A stretch of 64,000 nt of DNA from Lepidodermella squamata (lineage: Eukaryota > Animalia > Gastrotricha): positions 744,001 through 808,000 of the forward strand of contig JBLDXI010000010.1 in assembly GCA_047495785.1 (NCBI GenBank), in the 5' to 3' direction. The stretch's first letter is position 1. Each line of letters opens with the position of its first letter. The notes under the pieces were generated by a model. That model was not told the DNA's origin and searched no databases. It was given only the letters and a program-made list of their open reading frames with translations. The position numbers were made by a program, and so were the translations under genes. Shown piece after piece: positions 10,201 through 22,000 of this stretch.

Positions 10201-12664
10201 GGAATTCCAGTCGGCTGGACGTAACCGCTCCACCAATCGTTGCACAAAGTTCGCAAGTTTTTTGTGGTTGAATTATAAGTCGTGGCTATAAATGTCCACT
10301 TGTTCACGACCACACATTGCGAATTACTACCAACGCCGTCTGGAGCCATCGAGTTTATCCAAATTGTATTTGATTCAGCAGGTGCGCGTGAGAAATGCAT
10401 GCCGTAGGCAGCATTCGAGGTTGATGGCTTCGCGAATTCGATGAAAACATCAAAATTGCTTTGGCTAGCCATGTTTACCCACATTGATATCGACCAAGAC
10501 TTGGCGCCAATGTCGAGTTTCGCCGATTTCACTACGGCATACCGCCGGGGAGAGAGAGTCTTGTCGAAAGACATTGCCGAAGCATCCCGCCCATATGGCC
10601 CTACTGCGAAGGCGTAATCCCTTGACATCATACCATCGATCTTATTGGCTGACGCGTCTCTCGAACCGTATTCGTAACTCAACGGCCAATAGGCTACTAG
10701 GTCCGAGTAGACAGCCAGTCCATCACTTATAACTTTCTTGTTGATAAGAACTTAAAATAAATGCTTCAGAAATGGGTAATAAGATCTCTCCTTCATAGCT
10801 TACAAGTGTCGCATCTTGGAGGTGCCAATGGTGCCGGGCACTTGCAGATATTAACACCAACACATGTACCGCCATTTTTGCAATAGCCAGGTGAGCATGA
10901 GACTAGTGAACAATTTAACGATAGTTTTCGGATGGTGGGCAAGAGGTTCATGGTTTGTATCTTACCTGTGAAAAGCTTACATAGTTCCCTGGCTTGTAGC
11001 ATCTCATTTGCATTCAGTGACTTTGAATAAACTGAAACGCAGGCCATTTTGCCATCAAAATAATTTGTCGTTCCAATCGTGCTGAAAGTCATCACAAAAT
11101 TAAGATATAACTCATTAATCTCGATTTTACTCACCTCTTTCCAATATAAAGCGAATCTGATGTTATAGGTGGTCCAGCTGTCGGGCCATATGTTGCGGCT
11201 ATGAAGGATTCATCGCAGAAGAACTGAAGCAATTTTGTGACATTATTCCAAGTTACAGCTACGAACGTCCACTTATTACTGACCGCACAATTTACTTCAA
11301 GGCCATAAGGATTTCTAGTGTTGAACCAAAGCGTATTGACATCTTGATGATACCAGAGATGCATTCCCCAGTCTGCCCCAGGCGCAGTTGGGTGCAAAAA
11401 TTCTAAAAGAGGATGTTGAAAGGTTGCTGCATTCATCCACAACGAAAGCGTCCAAGAGGAGGTGTTGAAGTTCAGCAGTCCTGAGTTTGCGATAATATAG
11501 CTCGAAGCAGTCAGACCGCTCAAAGATGAAGCCACTTTATTATCGAAAGGACCAGTGTCGTATGACAAATACATTGTCGGTTTTCCGTGGATTTTGTTCG
11601 TGGAAACATCCGTTGCGGCGTATTCGCTGGTAAGCGGCCAGTAGGCAACCAATCCAGGCATGTCGCTCAATTTCGAGGCGATTGTTTCTTTATCGGTAGT
11701 AACTGTTTTTGATGCAATGATACCATTTTTTAATTACCTACTAGGCAACTTACTCAACTCGCATAGGGCTCCAGCATACCCGATTGGGCAGTCGCACACA
11801 TTTTTAGCGGCGCAAGTTCCACCATTTTTGCATTGAGGGTTGCAATCAGCTTGATTAGATCAAGGAATAGGAATATTGAAGCATTATTTTCAATTGACAT
11901 ACGAATGAAAAGCTGACATGTATCTTTGAGTGCTAAGAATTGAGCATCACTCAACGTTGCTTTATGCAGCGAAACGCAGGCATATTTGCCGACCGTGGCC
12001 GGGTAGCCGGGACTTATGAAATAAATGATATTAGAAGGTACTGAAACTTGACGTTCAGCAGCTCTTACCGGTAGCCAATATGTAGCGTTTCTGATGTAAC
12101 TGGAGCGAGAGGAGACGCCAATTTAGGGCCTGAAGCTGTGCTGCAAAAAGCATTCATCTTTGCATTCACCGAGTCGTAGGTGAATCCGACAAATGTCCAC
12201 GTGAAATTCATTACGCAGGGCATTATAGCAACGGACGTACTAATTGAGTTGATGAACAAATCGTTGACGTTGGGCCATTGCCACAGTTGCATCAACATTG
12301 GCAAATACTCGAGAAAGGGCATGCCAGCATTAATCTCAGTCTTGACCCAAAGCGCGAAGCTCAATGAAGAGTTGACAATGTTAACAGCTGGAGAGGTTAT
12401 TGTAACCCAATGTTTGTTAGGATTGTCCACCTGAATAGCAGAGCTTGAGGAACCGAAAGGACCTTGGCCGAAGATCGGAGGTTCCGTGTTTGAAACTCCA
12501 TCGGCTACTTCAAGGGCATCTCGCGCCTTGTAATAACTCGTCAGAGGCCAATATGCTACCGTGCTGGGCTGGAGGCGAAGCTGGTACTGAATGTAACCAG
12601 TATCATAATCGACGCTGGATACTATGCAGAAGGTCGTAGAAAACAAGATCAAGGTTAGCCACAT
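4205..12664 (-). CDS. Multi-exon type-I membrane protein, copy A: SP-(LamG/pentraxin-EGF)x5-EGFs-AbfB-EGFs-ShKx2-sushi x5-TM-tail
   Basis: ATG at 12664 ([17 protein letters not shown]); about 27 short GT-AG introns, mostly phase 1. Five domains begin V(A/G)(Y/F)WPL and contain W(T/Q)FV(A/G)xTY (about 12600-11903, 11705-10965, 10750-10029, 9846-9114, 8913-8167). About 12 EGF modules, mostly CxNGGxC. AbfB-like exon 7748-7233. ShK motifs (C..WK.RGQC..N..FM...C..SC; C..WA..G.C) at 6215-5975. Sushi domains 5905-4690. [24 protein letters not shown]; TAA at 4205. Confidence 0.88.
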
Positions 12665-14483
12665 CTTGCGACAACACAAATTAGGATGGTAAGTGTACAG
12701 TCCTATCTTAGTGAAAGTGCCTTGAGCGCAACTCATTAATAATTGAAGTTTGAAGAAGACCGTGTTTCGCTGGTCGATAGCGCCTTTGCACTTTTTATAG
12801 CTATATCTAAGGCGATCTAAGGCGATCACTAAACGTTTCCTTACTTAATACTATGATTTATTGGCTACGATCGAGTGGCTATCGACTCCTATAGCATTGA
12901 GAGCATTGGCTTGAATATCGGCTTTTTCGCAATTTCATTTTTCCGCAGTTCGGGCAATACCGTTCTAGATTCATGTTTTAAGTGCGTCTGCCAAAATGTA
13001 ACGTCAACGTCTTAGTTTGACAGATCGATCCTCTTGATTTATATATAGGGAAATATAAGACGTTGCACCATCGATTCGCAGACATTTGACAGACGAGTGG
13101 TAGACTGTGGATGAGCCGTCAAAATAAGAATTATTTGTCTGTTATTTACATTACGTCCAAGAAATTCTCCCCAGGGTTTTTAACAGGTTTTGGACAATTC
13201 TTGGAATTTTCTCCTCACAAGCCTAAGCCTAAGCCTTTTCCACATCCGTTCGTAAGAGGAATATCTCTTGTGTTTTTGAGCTACGCCCGTCTTCACGCGA
13301 CTCAGGGTAAAAAGGTAAGATTTTTTGATATTATTATTTTAATATTTTTATTATTATATTAATATTATTTTAATGAAAATAAACACCAATCCAGTCATTC
13401 AGTTAATGGTCATTAAAATTCAGCTTTGATCAAACTGCTACGTTCACACTTATTTTTGCGACTGTCGAACCGCCTGCTGCGTGAGAGCCACACGAATCCC
13501 TTACCGCCTTTTTCCAAGTTGGAGAAAAGCGGTAAATGGCAGGCACCGAGATTTCCTGATCCTCGTAAACACATCTTTTGCCATTGATTTTGTCAAACGT
13601 AGGGAATAGAACAGTGAAACAATGAAGTGAGCCGCAATGAGTGAAACCGTAACTTACGACATTTTTCAAATTGGAGTTCATTGCACATTCTGATGCAGTT
13701 TTTCATTTCAAATCCAAAACCCAGCAATTTTTAATATCTGCTACCATTTGCAGGATATTAATGATTGAGTGCGCGCACATTAAATTTGGAATTTTTCAGG
13801 AGAAGCAATAAAAAGAAAACTTAAGATTCGCACATTTAAAGCGACAAAATTTGATGAAACATCTGCAATATGCGTTGACTGAAACGCCACGTTTAGAGGT
13901 CAGTATGACCAACTAGGGCAGTTTGAGACGCAGATTCTGAATTTCGCTTATTAAGAACCTAAGCCCCGCCGATCTACCTCAAATTATCTCTTTTCTGTAT
14001 AGAACTGATTTTTGCATTATGCCGCTGTCCTTGCCTCTCTGTTTTTGTGTTTATTGGACCAATGAAATCGACAGTTTCCGTTAGGTAGAAGTGAGGAGTC
14101 AAAAAGCCAAAAGGCCAATAGCTAAAAAGCTACACGCCGCAAACGGTGTTGAGATTTGAGGATCATGACGTCCCCGAAACCTCAACTAATAGCCATGGCT
14201 ACTATTATTTCCGAAACTCCGAAAATGGTCCAAAAAAGAGGCAATTATTCGAGGGGGCTATTATTTATCGGTAATTGGCCAATTTCATCATCGCAAGTCG
14301 TTTGCGCTGTTGGATTCTCTGTTTTTTTTACCCATGCTGCTAATTATCCTCGGCATCAACAAACAACGGCTTACGTCCACCACATTTAATCCGCTTAGCA
14401 GTAAAAGGCGACGCAATTAGGACAGCTTTTTCCCTCCTCCTCCCTCCCCCAGCGCGCCAACTGCTTCGGACAAGGCATGGCGT

Positions 14484-14525
14484 GGCTTTTATTCGAGGGA
14501 GGCTATTAATCGATGAAATACGGTA
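14484..14525. mobile_element. Terminus of a Tc1/mariner-like MITE family (related fragment at 22564-22674)
   Basis: ggcttttattcgagggaggctattaatcgatgaaatacggTA. The same core recurs at 22651-22670, and a degenerate reverse complement of the end lies at ~22564-22590. Confidence 0.45.
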
Positions 14526-15171
14526 CATGATTATTCTTCACAGAGCTTGTTATGCCAATTCAAAGTTATGGCAGACTTTAGTATAAGGATGAATGGCCCT
14601 CGAAATGTTCAATAATCTTGAGAAGCCGCTCAAACTAAGAATTTATACGCGAAAAGTGACATTTTCGCGGACAGAGATTATGGTATATCCCAGAAATTAT
14701 GAATTCCGATGCTATGTACTGTCCTTTGCTCTACTCTACCTGTAGTATTTATAGACAATATTCGATAAATAATTAGGAAAATAGTCAAGCCATAAACTCA
14801 ATATTTATCCAAGCTATAGAAACCTTACCCTACTTGTATTCATGCTGGTATATCACCAAAAACTACATTGATTTCAAAGTTTAAAGTGGACAATGCAGTA
14901 AGAATGCGGATTAGGAAGTTTTATTTGAAGTCAGCCGCATTCCGCACGTTGAAGGTCAACTCTCGAATTTATGGGCGGCATTCTTGTCTAAAAATACTGC
15001 AATGACAAGTAACAGGCTTTGAAATGAATATAATGTTCTCGCTCGATAAATGTAATGGTCATGTAGAATTATTGCCATATAAGTATTAGCATTGAACGCA
15101 GTTAATGTTAAGGTTTAAAGTCATGGCTATGTGAACGCAGGATTGTGTATCGCCCAATGGCTATGCGTACA

Positions 15172-15173
<2 letters not shown>

Positions 15174-15206
<33 letters not shown>
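15174..15206. repeat. (GT)n microsatellite
   Basis: About 16 perfect GT units. Confidence 0.95.
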
Positions 15207-15210
<4 letters not shown>

Positions 15211-15474
15211 ATTGGTGACTTGGCACAGTGCGCGCTTAAATTTGGCTGTGTCACGCATTTTATATACGCATATCCAAAGCGGGATACACTTTTCCGGTGT
15301 TCACATAGCCACATCCATACGTTAAAAGGGTTTTTAAATCGGTGCTCATATTAATTCAGCTCGGTCTCAGATTGGGATTCTGGATTCTTAGGGTTTCCTG
15401 AACCTTAAAACTTGACACCCTTAAATATCAGGTTCAAAATTGAAGCTGAGAATCCATTTCATAACAGGTCAAAA

Positions 15475-15739
15475 ATCTATTGACCGCATCGTACTGCCAA
15501 ATGTGGGTCCTGCGGGAAATACTCGAGCAAGGGCATGAACCCATTAATCTCAGTCTTGAGACAAGCCGCACCACTCCACGAAGAGTTGCCAGACATTTGA
15601 AATTGATGACTGCACTTTGACCCAATGCTGATTCAAGTATTCAAATTAAATAGCCAAGCTTGAGAAACTGCAAGGACCTAAGCCGAAAAGTGGAGGCTCT
15701 GTGTTTGAAACTCCGTTGGCTACTTCAAGGACGTCTCGC
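15475..15739 (-). pseudogene. Decayed fragment of exon 1 (LamG1) from a fourth, B-like copy of the multidomain gene
   Basis: Aligns with 29636-29900 (RTHIWQYDAVNR vs KTHMWQYDAVDR; gaaactccgttggctacttcaagg), with indels and stops. Confidence 0.85.
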
Positions 15740-16129
15740 TGTGGGGCTTTTTGTATTTGTTTTCAGTCCAACCCACATCTCCTTGCATTATTTATACCTC
15801 CGCACTAAAATGTCATGAATTATTCTGTGGATTATTATTCGTGATATACCTGTCTATTTTTATAAGTAATTAAAACTGAGCTTCTTCAAATTGCAGTAAA
15901 TCTGAGTCGCGCGCCGCTTGTTGCTAGAATTGAATGATCATCGCGAGATTACGAACATCTTTGGTATAAAATGCACTAACGAACGATGTAAGGTGATAGA
16001 TTAAGGTCATAGCCGAAGCAGAGCTTGGCAACGCTTCAACAGCGAACATCTCATATAAGGTACATCAGCTCATCCGAACTTTCCGTGTCACGGGATCGTA
16101 ATAAATTATTTGTCAGTGTTTGATTAGTG

Positions 16130-18499
16130 TTACCAGTTGCTGCGACTCACGGGCTCGAGTGGAATAGGACTCAATTTCCAAGCGATCACGCAAAAAGATG
16201 ATATTGACGCAAACATGAGTAAAAAACTAGTGACCATGCTCTGATAAATCGGCGACAATTGAGAAGTAGCGCTTACCGCTGCAGCTCCGCCTAAAACCAA
16301 TGTCAACTGGCTTCCCAAAGCAGCCTTTAACTGATTTAAACTGAATGGAGCTAGTTTTGCTAGAGCAATACGGTGGTTCGTAAGACCTAAATATCGCCAT
16401 TGAAATGCGTAATACAAGCCGACCAGTAAAGGTAGAAAGTTGATTAATATCAAAACCGCCAGCCAGATTGAATCTATCTCAGGATTATCGGCCGAGCAGT
16501 TACACGCCGAAATCACGGTAATCGAGTCGTTGTCCTTGTCAATAACTGGTCTTCCAACAGGTACCAGATGAATTTCCCAAGTTAAGTTAAGATTCCAAGC
16601 AACAAGAAGAACAAGATTGATGAAGAAGCTCGAACCAATCAACAAGCATTCCTTGCGGTTGTTAGGTTTTACGCCTCTAGGATCCGGGGCGGTTCGTTGG
16701 GATCCATACATTTGGTTTGACGTTGTTCGCCTCAAATGGTTTTCATCAAAAAGGTCGCCGCTCTTTTTCGAGCGGCTTCGCATCCGCCTTGAAGTAGATA
16801 CTCTGCTTGGTCTCCCAAGCGTTAAAGCAAATTTTGCCAAGAGAAACCAATGTAATACGCCAGAGCCGAGAAATGAGGTAACCAGACGGCTTGGGCACAC
16901 CCATGCGATATGCTCAACTGGAGTCGCGAACAATACCCCACCAAAGCTAGACAGAAACCCTCCAAATATGAGAAATAGACGCGATATGGGGAGGCAATTT
17001 AGCCTAAAACGAGCGTATATCAAGTTCGCAATCATGTTCAAAATTTGAAGTATTCCGAATGTTAACATCGCGTAGAAAAATGGCAATGGCACGTCCTCTT
17101 GGCGTCGATATAAAGATCTGGAATCTTTTGGGGGCTTACGGGATAGCCACGAAACTTTTCTCAAGTGTTCAACCTTAAAGGCGTCAATATTTCTGTAGTC
17201 TCCCTTTGCAACGTCGAAGCTGATCTTTGTAATAGGTTCCATTATTCCGAACTCAGGGTTCCAAGTTGAAACCGTCTGCATCTGCCCGTCCATTTCAAGC
17301 CGCGAGGAGTACTTTTGCCTACCGCCGACCCTCAGTCCCAGGTAATTGACCTGTCCTGCAGTTGAGTTAGCAACAGTTGAAACCTCATATGGTTTCCCAT
17401 CAAAGTCTTTTAAAGTCAAGTTTCGGGTCTTGAGGATTGATTCTGTTGCATTGAGGGTCAAGACTACTTGCAGAGTAGTATCGTAGCAGTAATGCCGAGA
17501 TAGGTAATCGGCTTTTCGATAACCGCCGGAGGTTACATCAAAAAGTCTCTCAAACTCGACCAAATCATGACCGAGAGTTGATTGCCCGAAATTTTCAATC
17601 GCAACAGTGGGAGATCCTATGAAAAACGTCTGTCTCAACATCGAAGCGATGTTCTCCTTCGAGCAACCGGGAATTTGCTGTGGATTCAGGAATACAGGGT
17701 CGATAAAAGCCCATGTTTGAGCGATGAATACATACCGCTCGCCGAAAATGCCTTGCTTGAAGGAGTAACATAGCAATTTGTTAAACTCGACCGGTTCACT
17801 GATATCAATTACAAAGATCCTTAGGCCACTGTCTTTCATGGAAGCCACGACCCGTTCGTCAACCTGCATAACTATGTCGAACCATGGTACCTTTATTGAA
17901 TTAGCTTGGGCAAGTTGGAGGAAATCGATCGCAAGCATGAAGTTATTAGGATTGCTCGCCGATGTTAAAATTCCAACTTGAGACCACTTCCCGGTATTTT
18001 TTATGAAAATAATCCTGGGGATGCTAACCAGCTCTCCCGAATTCCTTGTCCGGTATAAGTTTGGGTACTTCACGCGGTTACCTGTGAAAATCGGCGAGGT
18101 GCATCCGCCTGAAATTGCGACCAAATTCAAACTTTTCGCCAATAAGCCTCCGACTGTTTGGCACGAAGGGGTGTAATAAAGTCCACTGACTATTGGAGAT
18201 CGGTACAAAGGATCCTTTTCAATGGTTGCTCCTTCAAAGCTTCTGATGTAGCTGAGAAGGGAAGAAGCTGCAAGTGGACCGAGACCCTCGTTTCTGTAAT
18301 CAGGTTCCAAGTGATAGTCTGGCAAAATATCGGACCGATTATTCACTGCATCCAGGACAACCTGGGTCCCATACTGGCAACCGAGTCCGTCTCGTGGCTC
18401 GTTACCAGTGAATGGCATAGATATAAACAAGCTTAGACGGTGCGGCTTTCGGGCTGATGCGATCAAAGCCCATAGAAAAATAGCAGCAAATCGCAGCAT
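16130..18499 (-). CDS. Intronless orphan class C GPCR, GABA-B receptor-like, GPCR2
   Basis: ATG at 18499 (MLRFAAIFLWALIASA signal peptide). VFT motifs VNNRSDILPDYHLE, NRVKYPNLYRT, KWSQVGIL, LRIFVI, CYSFKQGIFGERYVFI. PPKD linker, then 7TM with TM3 WVCPSR. Confidence 0.88.
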   Translation of the reverse strand: MLRFAAIFLWALIASARKPHRLSLFISMPFTGNEPRDGLGCQYGTQVVLDAVNNRSDILPDYHLEPDYRNEGLGPLAASSLLSYIRSFEGATIEKDPLYRSPIVSGLYYTPSCQTVGGLLAKSLNLVAISGGCTSPIFTGNRVKYPNLYRTRNSGELVSIPRIIFIKNTGKWSQVGILTSASNPNNFMLAIDFLQLAQANSIKVPWFDIVMQVDERVVASMKDSGLRIFVIDISEPVEFNKLLCYSFKQGIFGERYVFIAQTWAFIDPVFLNPQQIPGCSKENIASMLRQTFFIGSPTVAIENFGQSTLGHDLVEFERLFDVTSGGYRKADYLSRHYCYDTTLQVVLTLNATESILKTRNLTLKDFDGKPYEVSTVANSTAGQVNYLGLRVGGRQKYSSRLEMDGQMQTVSTWNPEFGIMEPITKISFDVAKGDYRNIDAFKVEHLRKVSWLSRKPPKDSRSLYRRQEDVPLPFFYAMLTFGILQILNMIANLIYARFRLNCLPISRLFLIFGGFLSSFGGVLFATPVEHIAWVCPSRLVTSFLGSGVLHWFLLAKFALTLGRPSRVSTSRRMRSRSKKSGDLFDENHLRRTTSNQMYGSQRTAPDPRGVKPNNRKECLLIGSSFFINLVLLVAWNLNLTWEIHLVPVGRPVIDKDNDSITVISACNCSADNPEIDSIWLAVLILINFLPLLVGLYYAFQWRYLGLTNHRIALAKLAPFSLNQLKAALGSQLTLVLGGAAAVSATSQLSPIYQSMVTSFLLMFASISSFCVIAWKLSPIPLEPVSRSNW

Positions 18500-18550
18500 G
18501 TTTTCCAACTGTGAATTTCGAACTAGAGAACTGCGTCTTGAAAATGCAGT

Positions 18551-18563
18551 GTTATTTATAACC
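18551..18563 (-). promoter_or_regulatory. Candidate TATA box of GPCR2
   Basis: Minus strand GGTTATAAATAAC, about 55 nt upstream of the ATG. Confidence 0.35.
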
Positions 18564-19085
18564 TATGCGGAAGCGGAACCCAGGGCATCAGGGATCAAAT
18601 CTACTTCAAGTTAATGCATCAGATTACCTACGAAATTCGAGATATGTTGACAATATCTTAGCCCATTTGGCCGGATGCAACGGAAGATTTTGCGAGTATT
18701 AAATTCTCGGAATAGCACTGCAACTATCAGGGTAATGCACCTGCTCGATATCGTCCGCAAGAAGATCGGAAATAAAGTGTTGCGCATGGAAACAAATTTT
18801 GTTCCGAGATGATCAGGACAACTCGTAGAACAAACATTATTTTGATTTCGTACCATGCGTCTACGAGACTTTCAGTTAAAGGACTCTGAGAAATGCCGTC
18901 AATGAAGTTTAAAAAGTTATCGCTTGGCACCACACGCTCAATTTCTCAACGATCGCCATGGAATTTTTCTCGAAAAATTGAATTTCTGTTGCATAATAAG
19001 TCTTATTACATTTCTCAAATATTGGCAAGGTTTTAATGACACAAAGAATCTCATAACGTCGAATACAGGTCTTGATAATCATTCC

Positions 19086-22000
19086 CTAATCTGAACATGC
19101 GGGCATTATTTCTGTTTCTGGTATGTCCATCCCGGCTTCAATATGTGCGTTTTGGTGGCGGGACATATCGCTTGACAACGGCCTTGTAGAGCCAACATTC
19201 AAGGGATTTGCAACCAGCTGACCCTCAGTCACCCGATTACCGAGAAATCCCGCAGTCGCTAATTTCTTAGCCTCTTTCACATCCTCGATATGCTTCAGGT
19301 AATTCTCCGCTGCGTGTTTGTTTCGTAGTTTCACCCTCAATTGATGCAACTGCCTCACTCGCCCAGCATCGCGTAGCCGTTTCAGAAAGTGATTGAAGTT
19401 GTGACGCAGGCGAGCCAAATCACGAGACAAAGTCATATAGTCCAAGCATACAACTATTCCTAGGAAGAAGCCACAAATCGACAAGACGATGGAGGCAGTA
19501 GCAACAGCTGTCTCTGATTCATGGGCCACGACTTTCAAGGCTTTTGGTGCACTTAAAAGAGCATTCTGAGAACAAAACAGTGGCTGCTTGTCCCATGTTG
19601 AATTCTCATTGCACCGCCAGTTCGCGTATGTGCTGGTTTGGTTCTTGCTTGGCTCGAAACCTCGATTCCAATCACACTCAAATGAGATTATATCGTTGTA
19701 AGCGATTGATTCAATTTCAGACGAGGAATTCAAGTAGCGATAATTTGATATTTCGAAAGTAGCAGGGATTTCACAGCTTACCACTAAAAATATTGCAAAG
19801 AACTGAAAAGATCAGCTCTGAATTTTCGAACTGTTCTTACGTAAACAAGCTAATGAATTGGTGGACCATACGCCTGAATCCAAGCAAGTATTCACTACAG
19901 AAGACAGCGGAGTGGACTCGGTCCCGGGTTCGATGTATATGCTGTTTGCACCTTTCACGCATCGCATCGTCACTTGGTCGCCGAAATAATAGGTACCAGG
20001 CTTTGTGCCTTCAAGGATCGCATTCTGCTCAGCAATCGGATTACCGCAAGTAACAACTGGTAAAGGTAGTAGACATTGTTCAATTACAGATTCATCAGCT
20101 CAGTCAGTACCTGTGCACTGCGGCTGTTCTATAGGCGTCCATGTTCCGTTTTTCTGGCAAACTTTGACGAAATAATCGATATCAACACTTGGCTTGAAGC
20201 CCTTCAAACACGTAAATGACGCCACTCCACCTGTAAAGTTACCAGACACGTTGTGATAGGTGTTTACGCCCTCAACAAAGCCTTTGCATGTTGGCACTGT
20301 GAATTATTAATAAGGAGTTTCCACTCATCAAAGATTAAATGATTACATTGGCATTGAGGGGTTCCATCGACCCAAGACCAGCCAGTTGGAGGCTTGAAGC
20401 TGCAATAAGCCTCGCCGCTTTTAGACCCAGTCATGTTGAAGCCCAAATTACAGGTGTATTTTACCCGATCTCCCATGCGATAGTACTCATTTGTGAAATT
20501 CACGTAGCTCGCAGCTGCTAAGCTGGGAGGATCCGGACACACGGCTGATAAACACTTGGGCTTGTTCGCGTTAACTTGAAACCAGTTCCCAGTTGCTGGG
20601 TTTGCATTGAACGGGTCGCAAATGTGCATTGCAGTGTCTGAGGCTGATGCTGCTTTGAAACCGGCATCGCATGTCATTAGGGCAGACTGCATATAACCAG
20701 CCATTCCTTTGAAAGATGACAACGGGGGTGCAGTCAATGTCCAGCTGGAGTTGGGTGCGAGTTCAATGCCGAGAGGTACACTGGAGCAGTTGTTTAGAGG
20801 GTCTAGTTCAAAAGGAATATGTAGAGCGAGCTCAACATTAAAAAATGTCACATACTTAATCTTCGGCCACAAGTGTAAAAACAACTAGCCTGAGCTTGCC
20901 CACTTGGATCGTTCTCGCAGGCGCCAGTTGACGCCCAATCGCCACAGGTGCAGTTGAAATCAACTGGCATTCGTGGGTCGACATCGCACTCGCAAGTTGC
21001 GTAGGCCGTGCAGCTGGATTGACACGATAGCCACATGAATCCAGGGTTCGATAGACACTGGCCTTGATCTTTCCAGGTTTTACACGAAGGACCGATGTCA
21101 GTTTTGACTTTAGTGCATAAGGACTGATTTGAATGTGGCAAGCACATATTCGAGCCCACACAGCTAGCTGCAGTAGGACAAGCCGGTAGGCAGACGTCTT
21201 TAAGATTTGAAGAAAAGCGATGACATGCTTGCATCGAAGCTTCCACTTACCTTCATCGCATTTTGGGCCACCATATAAAGCAGGGCATTTGCAGGTGTTA
21301 TTTCCTATGCACGTTCCGCCGTTGCTGCAATCAGGGATGCAGATTGCTATAGAAGAAAATCGATATTAGAAAAACAGCTATATGAGAGTCCTGCAAACAA
21401 ACGCGTCTCACAGGTGCTGCCTTTATAGTACGGCGTGCATTTGCAGGATTTAGTTGAGCTATCACAGGTGCCACCGTTTTGGCAACTCGGGGAGCAAAGA
21501 TCTGAAGTAGAATAAGCAAGGTTTGGAAAAATCGATTTGAAGCCTCGACGTACAATCATCGCATTTTGGACCAGTGTAACGATCAGTACATTTGCAGGTA
21601 TTATCTTTTAGGCACGTTCCACCATTGCTGCAGTCAGGGATGCATATTGCTACAATGTAATATATATTTAATATAAGCAACTACATGAATGAGCGAAAAC
21701 GAACGCATCTCGCAGGTGCTGCCGGTGTAATACGTGGTGCAAATGCAGGTTTTAGTAGAGCTATCACAGCTGCCACCGTTCTGGCATCTCGGGTCGCAGA
21801 GATCTGAAAAAGCCAATTTCTAATCAGTCCAAAATGTATGCTAATTTCACATGCAGCCTATACCTAACGCCGTTTCATTGAAGGTCGTACGTAGCGCAAA
21901 ATCTTTTGAACTGTCATTCTGGCGAAGGCCGATTTCGTTGTTCGCATCGACATGAATGAAGAACCCTTGGAAATTGACAGCCTCGTAAGCAACCCCGGAT

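Noticed and set aside
13221-13235. GCCTAAGCCTAAGCC (nematode-type TTAGGC telomere unit)
   Set aside because: Only about 2.5 units, too short for a feature or a taxonomic call.
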